Shown: positions 50,229 to 60,336, counted from the first letter of the stretch. The stretch: DNA of 64,000 nucleotides from Candidatus Latescibacterota bacterium (GCA_965116885.1 OZ220741.1:3776001-3840000); one strand, 5' to 3'. Translations and numbers: made by a program. The notes: a model not told the origin generated them from the sequence alone.

Positions 50229-50408
50229 GGTTTTACCTCCAGATGGGGGTGAATGAGGCACGCTAAATGTCGGTATTGAGCACAGCTTAACTTACGAGGA
50301 AATCCCTCCTTTCTATCATAAGGTGTGTTCTTGTGTGCTCTAATCAGAAGTATGATAATATAAAAACGGTTGATTGGTCAATAAAAAATAATAGGTAAGA
50401 GAAGGGAG

Positions 50409-52157
50409 CTAACGCTTGAGGTCGAGTTGTGCCGACCACGAGGAGGTGCGGTGGTGGCTGTAGCGCGTTGACAGGCGGAAATGCGCGGTTGCCCAGGTGA
50501 GGCGCAGGCCGCGATTGGTGCCGTCTCCCGAGAGGGTGAGCAGGCGTATGCCGCCCCAGACATCGGGTTCAACGTCGTAGATACGCGCGTTGTAGGATGA
50601 GATTTTGTGGTGGGTGGCCCATAGCGCGAGGGAGAAGCCCGTTGATTTGCCGAGTTGAAAGCGGAGTCCGGCAGCATTTCCCGATGTACCGGCGTGGGCG
50701 CGCTGGAGCCAGGCGGTCATGGTGTGGGAGGGGCGTTTATAGGTGAGTACGAGGCGAAGGCTCTGGCGGGGCACGCGATTTGTCGCACTTCTGGCATCGG
50801 CAGTTAGACGTGCAGAAAATCCCCTGCTAAAGCGGTGGGTAAAATTGAGTCGCAGGCGATCTCCTCGTTCTGGCAGTGCGCTTTTCTCTGGCGCGAGATG
50901 ACCGTGACGGTCGAGGGAGATATCAAGGCGTTTGCGTTTTGATATGCGCCAGGTCAGGCCAAAGAATGCGCCCCATTCGTTGTTGGGGGGGGAGCTATAG
51001 GCGGCATAAGGTGCGCCGTGCAAGCTGTAGAAATTGGCGCCATAGCGTCTGCCAATGAGGTGAAGACGCAGGATGGGCGTGCCAGCGACGAGGCCGGTTA
51101 TGAAAGCTTTCGGGGCGATTTCGCCAAACAGGGTGATATGATCGGCGCGGTAGAAGGCGTTGAGGCTGAATAACAGGCCTGCCCGAGCTGTGCGCGGTAC
51201 TGCGGATTCTCCGACTGTGTCAGATGCGACTGGATTAAAGGCTGTGTTGAGGACTGTCAATCCAATGTGTTTTTGTGAGGACCCAATGGCTATGTTCGCG
51301 CCTGTGAGGTGTTCAATAAGCGCGTTTTTGCGCGCTTGTGAGGTTTCAGTGTGGTGAAGGCCGCTGGTGTAGATGCGCGTGTCAGAGCCAAAGGTCGCAT
51401 CCCATGTCATTTGGCCATACATCAGGCTCCAGAGCAGGTGGGTGTGTGAGCCGCTCAGGTAAATGCCGCGCAGGGCACCGTGTTCTGTGCTGGTGCGGTT
51501 GCCTGACCGCGTGGCAGTGCGGGCGCGTGCATAGCTCAGGCCGGTCGCGCTGCGGGTGCGGCGCGAAAAGAGCAATCCCTGTCCCCATTCTGGACGCATA
51601 TCTCCTATGATGATGTTGATGCGAGAGAGCGGCAGGGCAATATAGCCGGTGACATGATCGGTAAGGGTCGGTTCTTCCGGGTCGCGTTCGGTAAGAAAAA
51701 AGGCAGAGAGGCGTGCGGGCGAAGCGATTTCGAGTCGCTGGTAGAGACGCATGTCGCCAAAGCTATTGGCGCGTCTGGAAGGACGCGTGACGCGGGATGT
51801 GTATTGTAAACGCCATGGGCGCGGGGGTGCGATGGAGAGATAGGGCGCGATGAGGTCGATGTGTTCTTCCGATAAGCCCTGCACATGGGCGAGTTCTGCA
51901 AGGGTGCGATAGGGGCGCCGGGCGATGATTTGTCGGGCGAGTTCTGGGGTGATACCGGGCAGAATGAGCAGGTCTTTCTCACTTGCGCGATTGAGTTCGA
52001 GGCTTATGCCTTCGAGGTCGCGCAATAAGTCGTTATAAGCTTCGGCTTCTTCTTCTGTGTAGATGGCGGACGGTTGCGCAAATAGGAGCGCGGGAAGGCA
52101 CAGGGTGAACGCAATGTGCCATGCGAGCGTGCGGAAGTGAAAGATGTGTTCTGGCAT
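50409..52157 (-). CDS. Helix-hairpin-helix (ComEA-like) domain protein with probable outer-membrane beta-rich domain
   Basis: ELNRASEKDLLILPGI..ELARQII.RRPY....L..V.G motif; ERDPEE and GD....GQGL motifs; signal peptide. Confidence 0.75.
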   Translation of the reverse strand: MPEHIFHFRTLAWHIAFTLCLPALLFAQPSAIYTEEEAEAYNDLLRDLEGISLELNRASEKDLLILPGITPELARQIIARRPYRTLAELAHVQGLSEEHIDLIAPYLSIAPPRPWRLQYTSRVTRPSRRANSFGDMRLYQRLEIASPARLSAFFLTERDPEEPTLTDHVTGYIALPLSRINIIIGDMRPEWGQGLLFSRRTRSATGLSYARARTATRSGNRTSTEHGALRGIYLSGSHTHLLWSLMYGQMTWDATFGSDTRIYTSGLHHTETSQARKNALIEHLTGANIAIGSSQKHIGLTVLNTAFNPVASDTVGESAVPRTARAGLLFSLNAFYRADHITLFGEIAPKAFITGLVAGTPILRLHLIGRRYGANFYSLHGAPYAAYSSPPNNEWGAFFGLTWRISKRKRLDISLDRHGHLAPEKSALPERGDRLRLNFTHRFSRGFSARLTADARSATNRVPRQSLRLVLTYKRPSHTMTAWLQRAHAGTSGNAAGLRFQLGKSTGFSLALWATHHKISSYNARIYDVEPDVWGGIRLLTLSGDGTNRGLRLTWATAHFRLSTRYSHHRTSSWSAQLDLKR

Positions 52158-52248
52158 TGGGCGCGTTTGCGATGTAAAGGTCTGTATTTACAGGGAGTTG
52201 ATTTATTACTGCAATAGACCTTAAGCAAACGGTATGCCAACACACTTT

Positions 52249-54084
52249 TTATTTTTGATACAGTTCTATTCTGCGATTCCGGATGGTGAGCATATACATC
52301 CATGCATTTTCCCGATGGCCTTTATCAAAGGATATCTGGCCGGTTGCACCGGGTATGTCCGCGAGGGTTTCAAGGCGGTCTCGCAGGCGGTCTCTGGTGG
52401 TGCCGCCTGCGTTTATACCGTGCAGGATGGATAGCATGGCGTCGTGTCCGAGGGCGGCAACGATATTCTGTTCTTTGCCATAGCGCGAGCGGTACGCGTT
52501 GACGAAATTTTGAACGGATTCGAGGTGGCTCTGGTCGTAGTATTTTGCGACAAAAATAGCACCATCGACGTAATTTCCGCCATCGCGAGCCACTTCATCG
52601 TGGTTCCAGCCATCGCTGCCGAGTACCTGGGAAGAGACGAGGGCGGAATGAAATTGGGGAGCGATGAGTAAGATGTCTTCAGCACCACCAGCAATGAGGA
52701 TGCCGTCCAGGGCTTCGACGACTTCGAGTTGCACGGTGTCCGGGTCAACTACAACGGGTGGGGGAGGGGCAACGCGTATGTTGCCGAGGATTAAGGAATC
52801 AATTTCTGAGGCGAGATCGTCGGGCGCTTGAAGTGCCAGTCCCGCGATGCGTATGCGTTCAAATTGGCGGCGATAATCCGTAGTACCCGGTTCATACCAT
52901 TCTTGAATGAGTACTTCGGCACCGAGGTCTTCGGCTCTGGTGGCAAATGCGCGGGCGATACTCCGGCCATAATCATCTCGAGACGCGAGCGAGGCCAGCG
53001 TTCGCAAGCTTTGATTATTCACGGCGTGTTCTGCAATGTGCCTGCCCTGTGCCCCTGGTGTTGCGTTGACTTGAAAAACGTAGGGACTGAGGGATGCAAT
53101 GCCGTCGTCTGAGGCTGTTGGAGCTATTAGAGGCACTTTTTGGGCGCTGAGCATGGTTGCGATAGGCGTGGTTACCGCGCTTGTGAGCGCGCCGATGATA
53201 GCGAGTACTTCGCGTTCTTCAACAAGGCGCTGTGCCGCGCGTGCTGCGCGAATGGGATCGCCTTCGGAGTCTTCAAATATCAGTTCGATCTGGTCGTGAG
53301 ATGTGAGTGGATTGCGGTCTCTCGCAAGTGTGATGCCGTTGCGGAGGTCTTCGCCGCTTGGGGTGCCCAATGGAGCGATGACGCCAATTTTATAGCGCGC
53401 TTTTTGGGGTTTGGGAGTGGGTTGGGGCGATGTGCGTTCGGGTATGGGGATTTGGCGCGCGAGCGCTGTGAATTGCCCATTTGGATGGTGATCGAGAAAG
53501 AAGGACAAGTATTTGTTGCCCGTTTCGAGGTTGCCGAGTTTGATGTGCCAGCGCACTTTGCCAAATGCAATGGCTTCGTCGATGATGGCGCGATTAAAGT
53601 CGGTTTTTAGATTGTCGATCTCGCTGTCGGTCAGTTTTTCGCCGTCAGATAATTGACTCAGGCGGTCGGCTGCGCGCGCTTTGGTGCGTATGTCAGCGCG
53701 GCTGGTGAGCACGCGCGCATATTGTGTGGCGGCGTTGTAAATCTGGCGCTGGTGAAAATAGCAGTCGCCGATGATCAGGTCGGTTTCGGAGATATATCGG
53801 CTGCGGGGATAGTGGTGTTGAAGCGCGATGGCTTCGTTCAGAGCCAGATCGTACGCTTTCAATTTGTAGTGCGATTTTGCCAGCATGAATCGCGCGGCAG
53901 AGGTGCGCTGATTGGGGGGGTGTTGTTCGACGAGTTCGATAAACCCATCCCGGGCGTCTGAAAAATTGTCTTGATTATAATGGGCAAGTGCGCGTTGGAA
54001 GAGGGTTTCCGCTTTCTGACTGAATATCTCACCCGATATCTGGGTAGAGAAGAGGAGAAGTAGGAGTATGGATAATGTTTTCAT
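52249..54084 (-). CDS. TPR plus type I periplasmic-binding-fold protein (LpoA/LppC-like)
   Basis: Signal peptide; TPR/BamD-like N-terminus; KIGVIAPL, IIGALTS, ALGHDA and PGATGQISFD motifs. Confidence 0.75.
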   Translation of the reverse strand: MKTLSILLLLLFSTQISGEIFSQKAETLFQRALAHYNQDNFSDARDGFIELVEQHPPNQRTSAARFMLAKSHYKLKAYDLALNEAIALQHHYPRSRYISETDLIIGDCYFHQRQIYNAATQYARVLTSRADIRTKARAADRLSQLSDGEKLTDSEIDNLKTDFNRAIIDEAIAFGKVRWHIKLGNLETGNKYLSFFLDHHPNGQFTALARQIPIPERTSPQPTPKPQKARYKIGVIAPLGTPSGEDLRNGITLARDRNPLTSHDQIELIFEDSEGDPIRAARAAQRLVEEREVLAIIGALTSAVTTPIATMLSAQKVPLIAPTASDDGIASLSPYVFQVNATPGAQGRHIAEHAVNNQSLRTLASLASRDDYGRSIARAFATRAEDLGAEVLIQEWYEPGTTDYRRQFERIRIAGLALQAPDDLASEIDSLILGNIRVAPPPPVVVDPDTVQLEVVEALDGILIAGGAEDILLIAPQFHSALVSSQVLGSDGWNHDEVARDGGNYVDGAIFVAKYYDQSHLESVQNFVNAYRSRYGKEQNIVAALGHDAMLSILHGINAGGTTRDRLRDRLETLADIPGATGQISFDKGHRENAWMYMLTIRNRRIELYQK

Positions 54085-54563
54085 TGAACAAAGTTGATAA
54101 AATCTTCTGGGTGCAGTTTTTGGAGTCTCTGTTGTAGGAGTTCGGGGGGATGGTTTTTCGACAGTTCAGCGCTTTTTTGCATCACTTTTTCGTCAATGTA
54201 GATTGGCACGTCAAACTTGAGTGCTATCAAGATCGCATCGCTGGGGCGTGCGTCGAGTTCCAAAGGGGTAGCGGGGGAGGTGAGATGCAATTGCGCGCGA
54301 TAGACGTGGTCTATGATGTCTGTGATAAGTGCGTGTTGGACACTGGCTTGCAGGTTTTTAATAACCGTTTTGATCAGGTCGTGTGCAAAAGGACGCGGTG
54401 GTTTGAAATTTTCGCCTGCAATCTGAAGGGCGAGCGAAAACATTTCGCCCATTTGTATCCATATTGGCACGCGGTGCTCGCCGTCTTTCTCCTTTAGCAT
54501 AACAACCGGCTCTTCGAATTGGCGGTCGATAAATATGCCTTCGATTTGGGCTTCATGGACCAT
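54081..54563 (-). CDS. Bifunctional nuclease family (DUF151)
   Basis: PVVMLKE...VPIWI, RP..HDL and ELDARPSDAI motifs. Confidence 0.88.
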   Translation of the reverse strand: MVHEAQIEGIFIDRQFEEPVVMLKEKDGEHRVPIWIQMGEMFSLALQIAGENFKPPRPFAHDLIKTVIKNLQASVQHALITDIIDHVYRAQLHLTSPATPLELDARPSDAILIALKFDVPIYIDEKVMQKSAELSKNHPPELLQQRLQKLHPEDFINFVQ

Positions 54564-54589
54564 GGGCGCGACCTCTGTTCGTTTTTCAA

Positions 54590-54618
54590 AATATAAAGGA
54601 GGGCAATGGTAGGGTCAA
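54590..54618 (-). promoter_or_regulatory. Sigma70-type promoter
   Basis: TTGACC-N17-TATATT upstream of the DUF151 gene. Confidence 0.6.
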
Positions 54619-54634
54619 GGATCAGTTCTAAAAT

Positions 54635-55279
54635 TTAGTCCAAAACGAGCGAGACGGCGAGCCAGCCGCCTACGGGGATGATGTTGGAGATGAGTTTGGG
54701 GTGGTCGGCAACGCGGCGGTTGTAGTCCTGTATGCCGCGGCGACCATCGCCTTCGGGTAGTGCGCGGTGTGCATGTCCGTGTCCATTGGCATTGTCGGCA
54801 ATGATGAGGCCGCCCGGGCGCGTGTTTTCAAGGGCGAAGTCGAGGTATTTGGGATAGCTTTCTTTGTCTGCGTCGATGAAGATGAGGTCAAAAGGTCCGT
54901 CTTGCACTGCATCTCTCATGAGTTTTGTGCCGTCGCCCAGGCGCACGTCTGTTCGGTCGGATAGTCCGGCTTTTTCATAATTGCGCCGCGTGACATCGGC
55001 GTGTTTGGGGTCAATTTCCAGGGTGATGAATTGTCCATCTTCGGGCAGCGCGCGGGCGAGCCAGAGTCCCGAATAACCAGCGAGTGCACCAAATTCGAGG
55101 ATTTTTTTTGCGCCGATTGTTTTGGCGAGCAAATACAGGGTTTGCCCGGCTTCGGGGCTGACGGAGATTCGCGGAATACCCTGTTCGGCAGCATCGGGCA
55201 TGATGTTTTTGAGCAAGTCGTCTTCACGGGCAAATACTTCCCGTTTGTATGTGTCGAGATCGGGATAGGTTTGTTGCAT
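54635..55279 (-). CDS. O-methyltransferase (CCoAOMT-like)
   Basis: ILEFGALAGYS, FDLIFIDADK..Y and RPGGLIIADN motifs. Confidence 0.92.
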   Translation of the reverse strand: MQQTYPDLDTYKREVFAREDDLLKNIMPDAAEQGIPRISVSPEAGQTLYLLAKTIGAKKILEFGALAGYSGLWLARALPEDGQFITLEIDPKHADVTRRNYEKAGLSDRTDVRLGDGTKLMRDAVQDGPFDLIFIDADKESYPKYLDFALENTRPGGLIIADNANGHGHAHRALPEGDGRRGIQDYNRRVADHPKLISNIIPVGGWLAVSLVLD

Positions 55280-55304
55280 TGGGTTATCCTTTCATTGCAC
55301 GCTT

Positions 55305-56348
55305 CTATAATGTGACTCTTCTGCCTTCTTTTGCCGATTGATACGCGCCGAGGATCATTTCAACGGAGACGCGACCCTCTTCTGGGGAGACGCGCTCATC
55401 GCTCAGGCCGCGAATGTAGTTGATGAATGGGCGGGGTATAGCAGCGATGCGCTCGCCCTGCCCTTTGGGGATGTCCATTTTGAATTCGGTCCAGCGATCG
55501 TCACCGCGGCGGATGTATTTGAGTGGGATGGCGTCTTCTGATCGCGGCGCAGAAGTGGAGGGCGCGTCGCCGTAGTCCTGGATGATGGTTCCTTCGTCGC
55601 CATAGATTTCAGTGGTGTTGACGCCTGCGGCGGTGGTGGAGCCGTTGAATAATATGCCCATCATGCCGGTTTCAAAGCGGAAGATGGAGACGCCGTTGTC
55701 GTCGGGCGCAGCATCTATCACGATGTTGTCGATTTCGGCCATTACCGAGATAGGGCGACCAAAGATCCAGTAGAACCAATCGGCGGCATGGATGGCGTCG
55801 TCAAAATACATTCCGATATTGGCAACGGGGTCGAGGTGCCATTTGGACGCGCCAGTGACAAAGTGGGGATTGAGCAAAACGGGGATGCAATGTCTTCGGC
55901 GCACAACCGCGATATTACCAACTATGCCTTTGTCAACGAGTTCTTTGATTTTGCGGTTGACGGGGTCCTGCCGCATTTGAAAGGCCATGCTGAACTTGAC
56001 GCCCGATTTATTTACAGCTTCGATGATGCGGTCGCAATCTTCGAGGGTGGTGGCCATGGGTTTTTGCAGCAGGATGTTTTTGCCCGCCTGAGCGGCCATC
56101 AGCGCGTATTCTGCGTGGCGATTGGTTTCTATGCCGATCATGACGGTGTCGATGTTTGGATCGCCAAGTACGGCGTCTGCCGAAGTGCGATATTCCATGC
56201 CGAATTTGTTGGCGTTTTCGCGCCCGCGATCTTTGTTGTCGTCCCATGTGGCGATGAGTTCGACATCGTCGAAATGCTGCATTTGACCGCAATATGTGTT
56301 GATGTGTCCGTGTGCGTGGCTGATGACGCCAATATGAACTTTATTCAT
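55305..56348 (-). CDS. Gfo/Idh/MocA oxidoreductase
   Basis: AGKNILLQKPMA and D.AIHAAD motifs. Confidence 0.88.
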   Translation of the reverse strand: MNKVHIGVISHAHGHINTYCGQMQHFDDVELIATWDDNKDRGRENANKFGMEYRTSADAVLGDPNIDTVMIGIETNRHAEYALMAAQAGKNILLQKPMATTLEDCDRIIEAVNKSGVKFSMAFQMRQDPVNRKIKELVDKGIVGNIAVVRRRHCIPVLLNPHFVTGASKWHLDPVANIGMYFDDAIHAADWFYWIFGRPISVMAEIDNIVIDAAPDDNGVSIFRFETGMMGILFNGSTTAAGVNTTEIYGDEGTIIQDYGDAPSTSAPRSEDAIPLKYIRRGDDRWTEFKMDIPKGQGERIAAIPRPFINYIRGLSDERVSPEEGRVSVEMILGAYQSAKEGRRVTL

Positions 56349-56356
56349 AAATATCC

Positions 56357-57349
56357 CTATTTTATGTAAACAACGGTTTCGGTATCGAGCGATTCAATGG
56401 CTGCGGCGATGACTTTTTGCGCGGCAAGGCCTTCTTCGCCCGAGCCGTCGATGTCTTCGGGGGCAACCCCGTCGCTGACCTGCCGGAGAAATGTGCCGAT
56501 GCGGTCGCGGAAGGTGTCGATAAAGTCTCCAAATCCCCCAAAGGCCGGGTCTGTGTACACGGTTTTTTCGAGGTTGCCCGCAGGGTAGAGGGTGAGTTCG
56601 TGCCACATGTCTTCGAGGACGAAGCGACCGCCTGTTCCTGCGACTTCACAGCGTTCCATGGGGTGCCCGCGCTCGATGTCGTAACTGCCCGTGAGCGAGC
56701 CAACTACGCCATTTTTAAAACGCATGTTGAATTGCGCGGTGGACCATATTTGGCGCCCGGGTGCTTTGGTGGCGAAACAGTGGACCGCTTCTATATCGCC
56801 GCAGAAATAGCGCATGACGTCGATGGTGTGTGGGTGGAGTGCTTTGAGGTGATAATACGGCGAGCTTTCCGCCGGGTTCATGATCCACATTGCCATATTG
56901 ATAAAGAGGAGATGGCCGAGGCGACCTTCATCGACCCATTTTTTTGCAAGCCGAGCGGCAGGGGTAAAGCGGTGGTTGAGGTCAATGCCGTAGCAGACGC
57001 TCATTTCTTTTGCTTTGGCGACCATTTCTTCGCCGTGAGAAATATTATTTGAGATGGGTTTTTCGCCCAGGACGTGGCAGCCTGCTTCAAGGGCTTGCAT
57101 CGTGGGCGCGTAGTGATCGCTGCTGTATTCATATCCGCCCGTGGCTACGCTTACCACATCGGGATTGAGTTCTTCAAGCATTTTCGGAACGTTGTAAAAA
57201 GGGGTGACGCCCAGGCGTTGTGCGGCGGCATTGGCGCGGGTTTCGTCAATGTCGCATACACCTACAAGATCGGATAGTGGGTTTTCTACATAAATATCAG
57301 CGTGCCGGTTGCCAATTGGCCCCAGCCCGATGACACATACACGTAGCAT
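56357..57349 (-). CDS. Gfo/Idh/MocA oxidoreductase
   Basis: VIGLGPIG, HVLGEKP, NHRF and HTID motifs. Confidence 0.9.
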   Translation of the reverse strand: MLRVCVIGLGPIGNRHADIYVENPLSDLVGVCDIDETRANAAAQRLGVTPFYNVPKMLEELNPDVVSVATGGYEYSSDHYAPTMQALEAGCHVLGEKPISNNISHGEEMVAKAKEMSVCYGIDLNHRFTPAARLAKKWVDEGRLGHLLFINMAMWIMNPAESSPYYHLKALHPHTIDVMRYFCGDIEAVHCFATKAPGRQIWSTAQFNMRFKNGVVGSLTGSYDIERGHPMERCEVAGTGGRFVLEDMWHELTLYPAGNLEKTVYTDPAFGGFGDFIDTFRDRIGTFLRQVSDGVAPEDIDGSGEEGLAAQKVIAAAIESLDTETVVYIK

Positions 57350-57372
57350 AAGAGACTCCATATTTGGGATGT

Positions 57373-58422
57373 TCATTCATCCAATGTTTGGCGGCGACGG
57401 CGGCGGGCGAGTTCGCGCAGATTGTCAACGCGGTCAGATTCATCGACGATTTCAGAGCCGAGAATTGCTTCGAGTACATCTTCAAGCGTCAGAACGCCTG
57501 CGAGGCCCCCGTATTCATCGATGACGGTAAAGAGGTGTTGACGACGGTCGAGGAACATTTGTAAGATGCGGTCGAGGCTGTGCGATTCGGCGACAAAATG
57601 CGCGGGGTGCATGAGGTCCGATAATTTGCTGTGGCTGCGGTCATCTGTGAGTGCCGCCAGGATGTCGCGCCGCGAAACAATACCGACAATGTCTTCAGTA
57701 TCTTTCTCGTAAACGGGAATGCGGCTGTGAGACCATATTCCGCGCTGGTTGCGGGCTTCTTCAACGGTGAGGTCGTCTTTGAGTGAAAAGACGACGGTTC
57801 GGGGGGTCATGACCTCATGTGCGGTTTTGGATTTGAGGGAGAGAATATTTTGTATCACGCGCGCTTCTGTGGGGTCTAATGCGCCGCTACGCCTTCCCAG
57901 GCGCGCGAGTGATATGAGTTCTTCATCGGAAATATCCTGTTCTTTTTGTTCTTTGGCGACCAGGCGCGTGGCCAGGCGCGACAATACAATAAATGGTGTG
58001 AATATCCAGACCAGTAACTGGAGGGGACGGGCGATCATGCTCGACAGTGGACGCGCATAAACTACGCCCACTGTTTTGGGCAGGAGTTCGGATAAGAATA
58101 AGATGGCGAAGGTCATTGCGATGGAAAAGACAATGCCCGCAAAGGATTCGCCGGATGTTTTTTCTCCCATAACTGCGGTGGCAAAAAGAAATCCCGCCAG
58201 GCTGACGCCGCCGGTATTTGATATGGTGTTCAGAGATAAGATGGCGGAAATTGGGCGGTCAACGGTTTGGCGCAAGCGTCGCAAGATGAGACCAGAGGTT
58301 TTGTTTTCTCGCGCGAGGGTTTCGATATGGCTGATGGGTACAGAATAGAGTACGGCTTCGAAGAGCGAACACATGGCAGAGGTGAGAATAACAGCAGCGA
58401 CAACAATAGTAAGCTCGATCAT
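57373..58422 (-). CDS. CNNM/DUF21 plus CBS hemolysin-family membrane protein
   Basis: CSLFEA, AILSLNT, SELLPK, VMTPR, HSRIPVY and VIDEYGG...TLED motifs. Confidence 0.9.
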   Translation of the reverse strand: MIELTIVVAAVILTSAMCSLFEAVLYSVPISHIETLARENKTSGLILRRLRQTVDRPISAILSLNTISNTGGVSLAGFLFATAVMGEKTSGESFAGIVFSIAMTFAILFLSELLPKTVGVVYARPLSSMIARPLQLLVWIFTPFIVLSRLATRLVAKEQKEQDISDEELISLARLGRRSGALDPTEARVIQNILSLKSKTAHEVMTPRTVVFSLKDDLTVEEARNQRGIWSHSRIPVYEKDTEDIVGIVSRRDILAALTDDRSHSKLSDLMHPAHFVAESHSLDRILQMFLDRRQHLFTVIDEYGGLAGVLTLEDVLEAILGSEIVDESDRVDNLRELARRRRRQTLDE

Positions 58423-58562
58423 GGGATTTTGTCTCCTGTTTGGCAAGACGGGGGAGTGTTGCTTTTTATTTAAGCATAAATTTTTTTTCGTCAAGATGTT
58501 TGCGAGGCGGGGTACAACTTTGGTAGGCGTGTGATTTTTGGCTTGCAATAAGGTATTTTTCC

Positions 58563-58591
58563 TTGCCAAGTGTGTTTGAATCCGCTAAATT
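58563..58591 (+). promoter_or_regulatory. Sigma70-type promoter
   Basis: TTGCCA-N17-TAAATT upstream of 58645. Confidence 0.5.
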
Positions 58592-58644
58592 ACGGCGTCC
58601 TGAGTTTTGAAATTTGACGGAGTTGATCATTTCTACAAAATGCT

Positions 58645-59025
58645 ATGAAGCGCGAAAGAATACATTATAACACGGTGCGCGAGATTTGTTTTTCGCCAGA
58701 AGATATCGCTCGCCTTTCCGATAATTTACAGGAAAACGGCGCGCCATGTCATATCAGCCATTTAGTGCCCGGTGAGGCAGACCCCGTGCGTTTGGCACAG
58801 GTTAAGGACGTTATCGAGACGGTGCTGACGGGGCGGAAGTACGAGGTTTTGTTGCTGCGCTCACAGGGCAAGACGTTTACAGAGATCGCGCTGCTTTTAG
58901 AAATTTCAAAAAGTGCGGTGCAAAGTCACTACCGTATCGCTATAAAACGGGTGCAACGCGCTCTGGGTATAGAACTCGGTCAAAAGGTCAAACCTCCATC
59001 ACCGTCGATGTATTCCATGGTCTAA
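58645..59025 (+). CDS. Stand-alone sigma70 region-4/LuxR-like HTH protein
   Basis: LTGRKYEVLLLRSQGKTFTEIALLLEISKSAVQSHYRIAIKRV. Confidence 0.72.
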   Translation: MKRERIHYNTVREICFSPEDIARLSDNLQENGAPCHISHLVPGEADPVRLAQVKDVIETVLTGRKYEVLLLRSQGKTFTEIALLLEISKSAVQSHYRIAIKRVQRALGIELGQKVKPPSPSMYSMV

Positions 59026-59055
59026 CGTTTCTCTTTTCTTTGCTGTTGTGTCAAT

Positions 59056-59089
59056 CAGGTTCCGCTTTGTGCGCGACCTGTTTTTTTTT
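59056..59089 (+). terminator. Intrinsic terminator
   Basis: CAGGT..CGC-TTTGT-GCG..ACCTG followed by T9. Confidence 0.65.
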
Positions 59090-59201
59090 GCTCCAAACCC
59101 CCAGTCCCTCGCCTTTTTCTTGTCTTTGTCTCATTCATGTGTATCTTTGGTGGTCATTGAAGTTGTAAATCGCACTTTTTCATTTTTCAAAGGAGTTTTC
59201 C

Positions 59202-59579
59202 ATGGCTGTATTTCTTCATACGCGCGTTCGCGTGAGCGATTTGGACAAGTCGATCCAGTATTATTGCGATCACTTTGGTTTTGTGGTGAAGAGTCGTTCT
59301 GAAAAGTCGCCAGCGGGCAATCAGATTTGTCATCTGGAATTGCCGGGCAACGAGCATACGCTGGAATTGACGTATTCCGATGATTACGAGTTGAATGTGC
59401 CCGAAGATTTGATGCACTTCGCGATCGGCGTGCCCGATTTGATTGCCTTTTGCGATGAGTTGGAAAAAAACGGACTCGAGATCTGGCCCGGCGATTGGCG
59501 AGAGACATTTCCCACAGGGCGCAAAATGGCATTTGTCGATGATCCCGATGGGTATGAAATTGAGTTGTTGGAACGATAA
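59202..59579 (+). CDS. VOC family protein (lactoylglutathione-lyase-like)
   Basis: FLHTRVRVSDLDKSI.YY, LELT, HFAI.V and FVDDPDGYEIEL motifs. Confidence 0.9.
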   Translation: MAVFLHTRVRVSDLDKSIQYYCDHFGFVVKSRSEKSPAGNQICHLELPGNEHTLELTYSDDYELNVPEDLMHFAIGVPDLIAFCDELEKNGLEIWPGDWRETFPTGRKMAFVDDPDGYEIELLER

Positions 59580-59585
59580 AAATTA

Positions 59586-59617
59586 AGGGACCGCCTGGCT
59601 GAAATAAGGTGGTCCCT
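59586..59617. terminator. Stem-loop terminator between convergent genes
   Basis: AGGGACCGCCT-N10-AGGTGGTCCCT. Confidence 0.6.
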
Positions 59618-59689
59618 CAAGTTATTTTATTGGTAATTGCAGGGTTTTATTTTTTAAGGGGATATAGGATGCGGTGGGATAGATATCAA

Positions 59690-59989
59690 TCAGTCGGATG
59701 GTGTAGTGATTACAACGCGCTCAACCTGAATCTCATCGGCCTTCTGCATGGCCTGTGCCAGGTCGTAGGCCGCCTGCATTCGGTACCATGTGATCGCGCC
59801 TCCGCCGAAGGCTTTGTCCAGGCGAATCGCCATCTCAGGCGAGATGCCTGCCCGGCCGTCCACGATATCCGATAGTTCCTTGTGATCAACGCCGAGTTTT
59901 TGCGCGGCTACAGTCACACTCAGCCCAAGTGGCTCCAGGCAATCGTAACGTACTGACAGCCCCGGATGGGGTGGATTCTTCATCGGCAT
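59690..59989 (-). CDS. higA: HigA antitoxin (HTH)
   Basis: MKNPPHPG...LSVT.AA..LGV....LS....[13 protein letters not shown]....W..MQ..YDL. Confidence 0.93.
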   Translation of the reverse strand: MPMKNPPHPGLSVRYDCLEPLGLSVTVAAQKLGVDHKELSDIVDGRAGISPEMAIRLDKAFGGGAITWYRMQAAYDLAQAMQKADEIQVERVVITTPSD

Positions 59990-59998
59990 TTTTTCTCC

Positions 59999-60277
59999 TT
60001 AGTGGTAATCAACCAGGTCCACGTTACAAGCATTCTCTCCTTCAAACCGAAACACGATGCGCCAGTTACCCGACACGCTAACTGACCAGTATCCCATGCG
60101 ATTACCTTTTAGCGGATGAAGTCGGAAACCCGGCAGGTTCATGTCCCCAGGCATTGTCGCCTCATCAAGGCGGGCTAAAATACGCTCTATTTTGTCAGCG
60201 TATTCAGGTTGAATATATCGCCGATTCCCTTCCTCATAGAGGGATTTGAGACCTTTGTGGCGGAAACTGAGGATCAT
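59999..60277 (-). CDS. higB: HigB toxin (RelE/ParE superfamily, plasmid-killer type)
   Basis: MILSFRHKGL...LHPLKG....WSVSVSGNWRIVFRF......VDYH; TTGATT-N16-TATATT lies 6 nt before the ATG (leaderless-like). Confidence 0.94.
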   Translation of the reverse strand: MILSFRHKGLKSLYEEGNRRYIQPEYADKIERILARLDEATMPGDMNLPGFRLHPLKGNRMGYWSVSVSGNWRIVFRFEGENACNVDLVDYH

Positions 60278-60336
60278 AAACCCAATATAACCTATCTTCT
60301 TCCAGAATCAAAATATCATATAGATAAAGATTGTAT

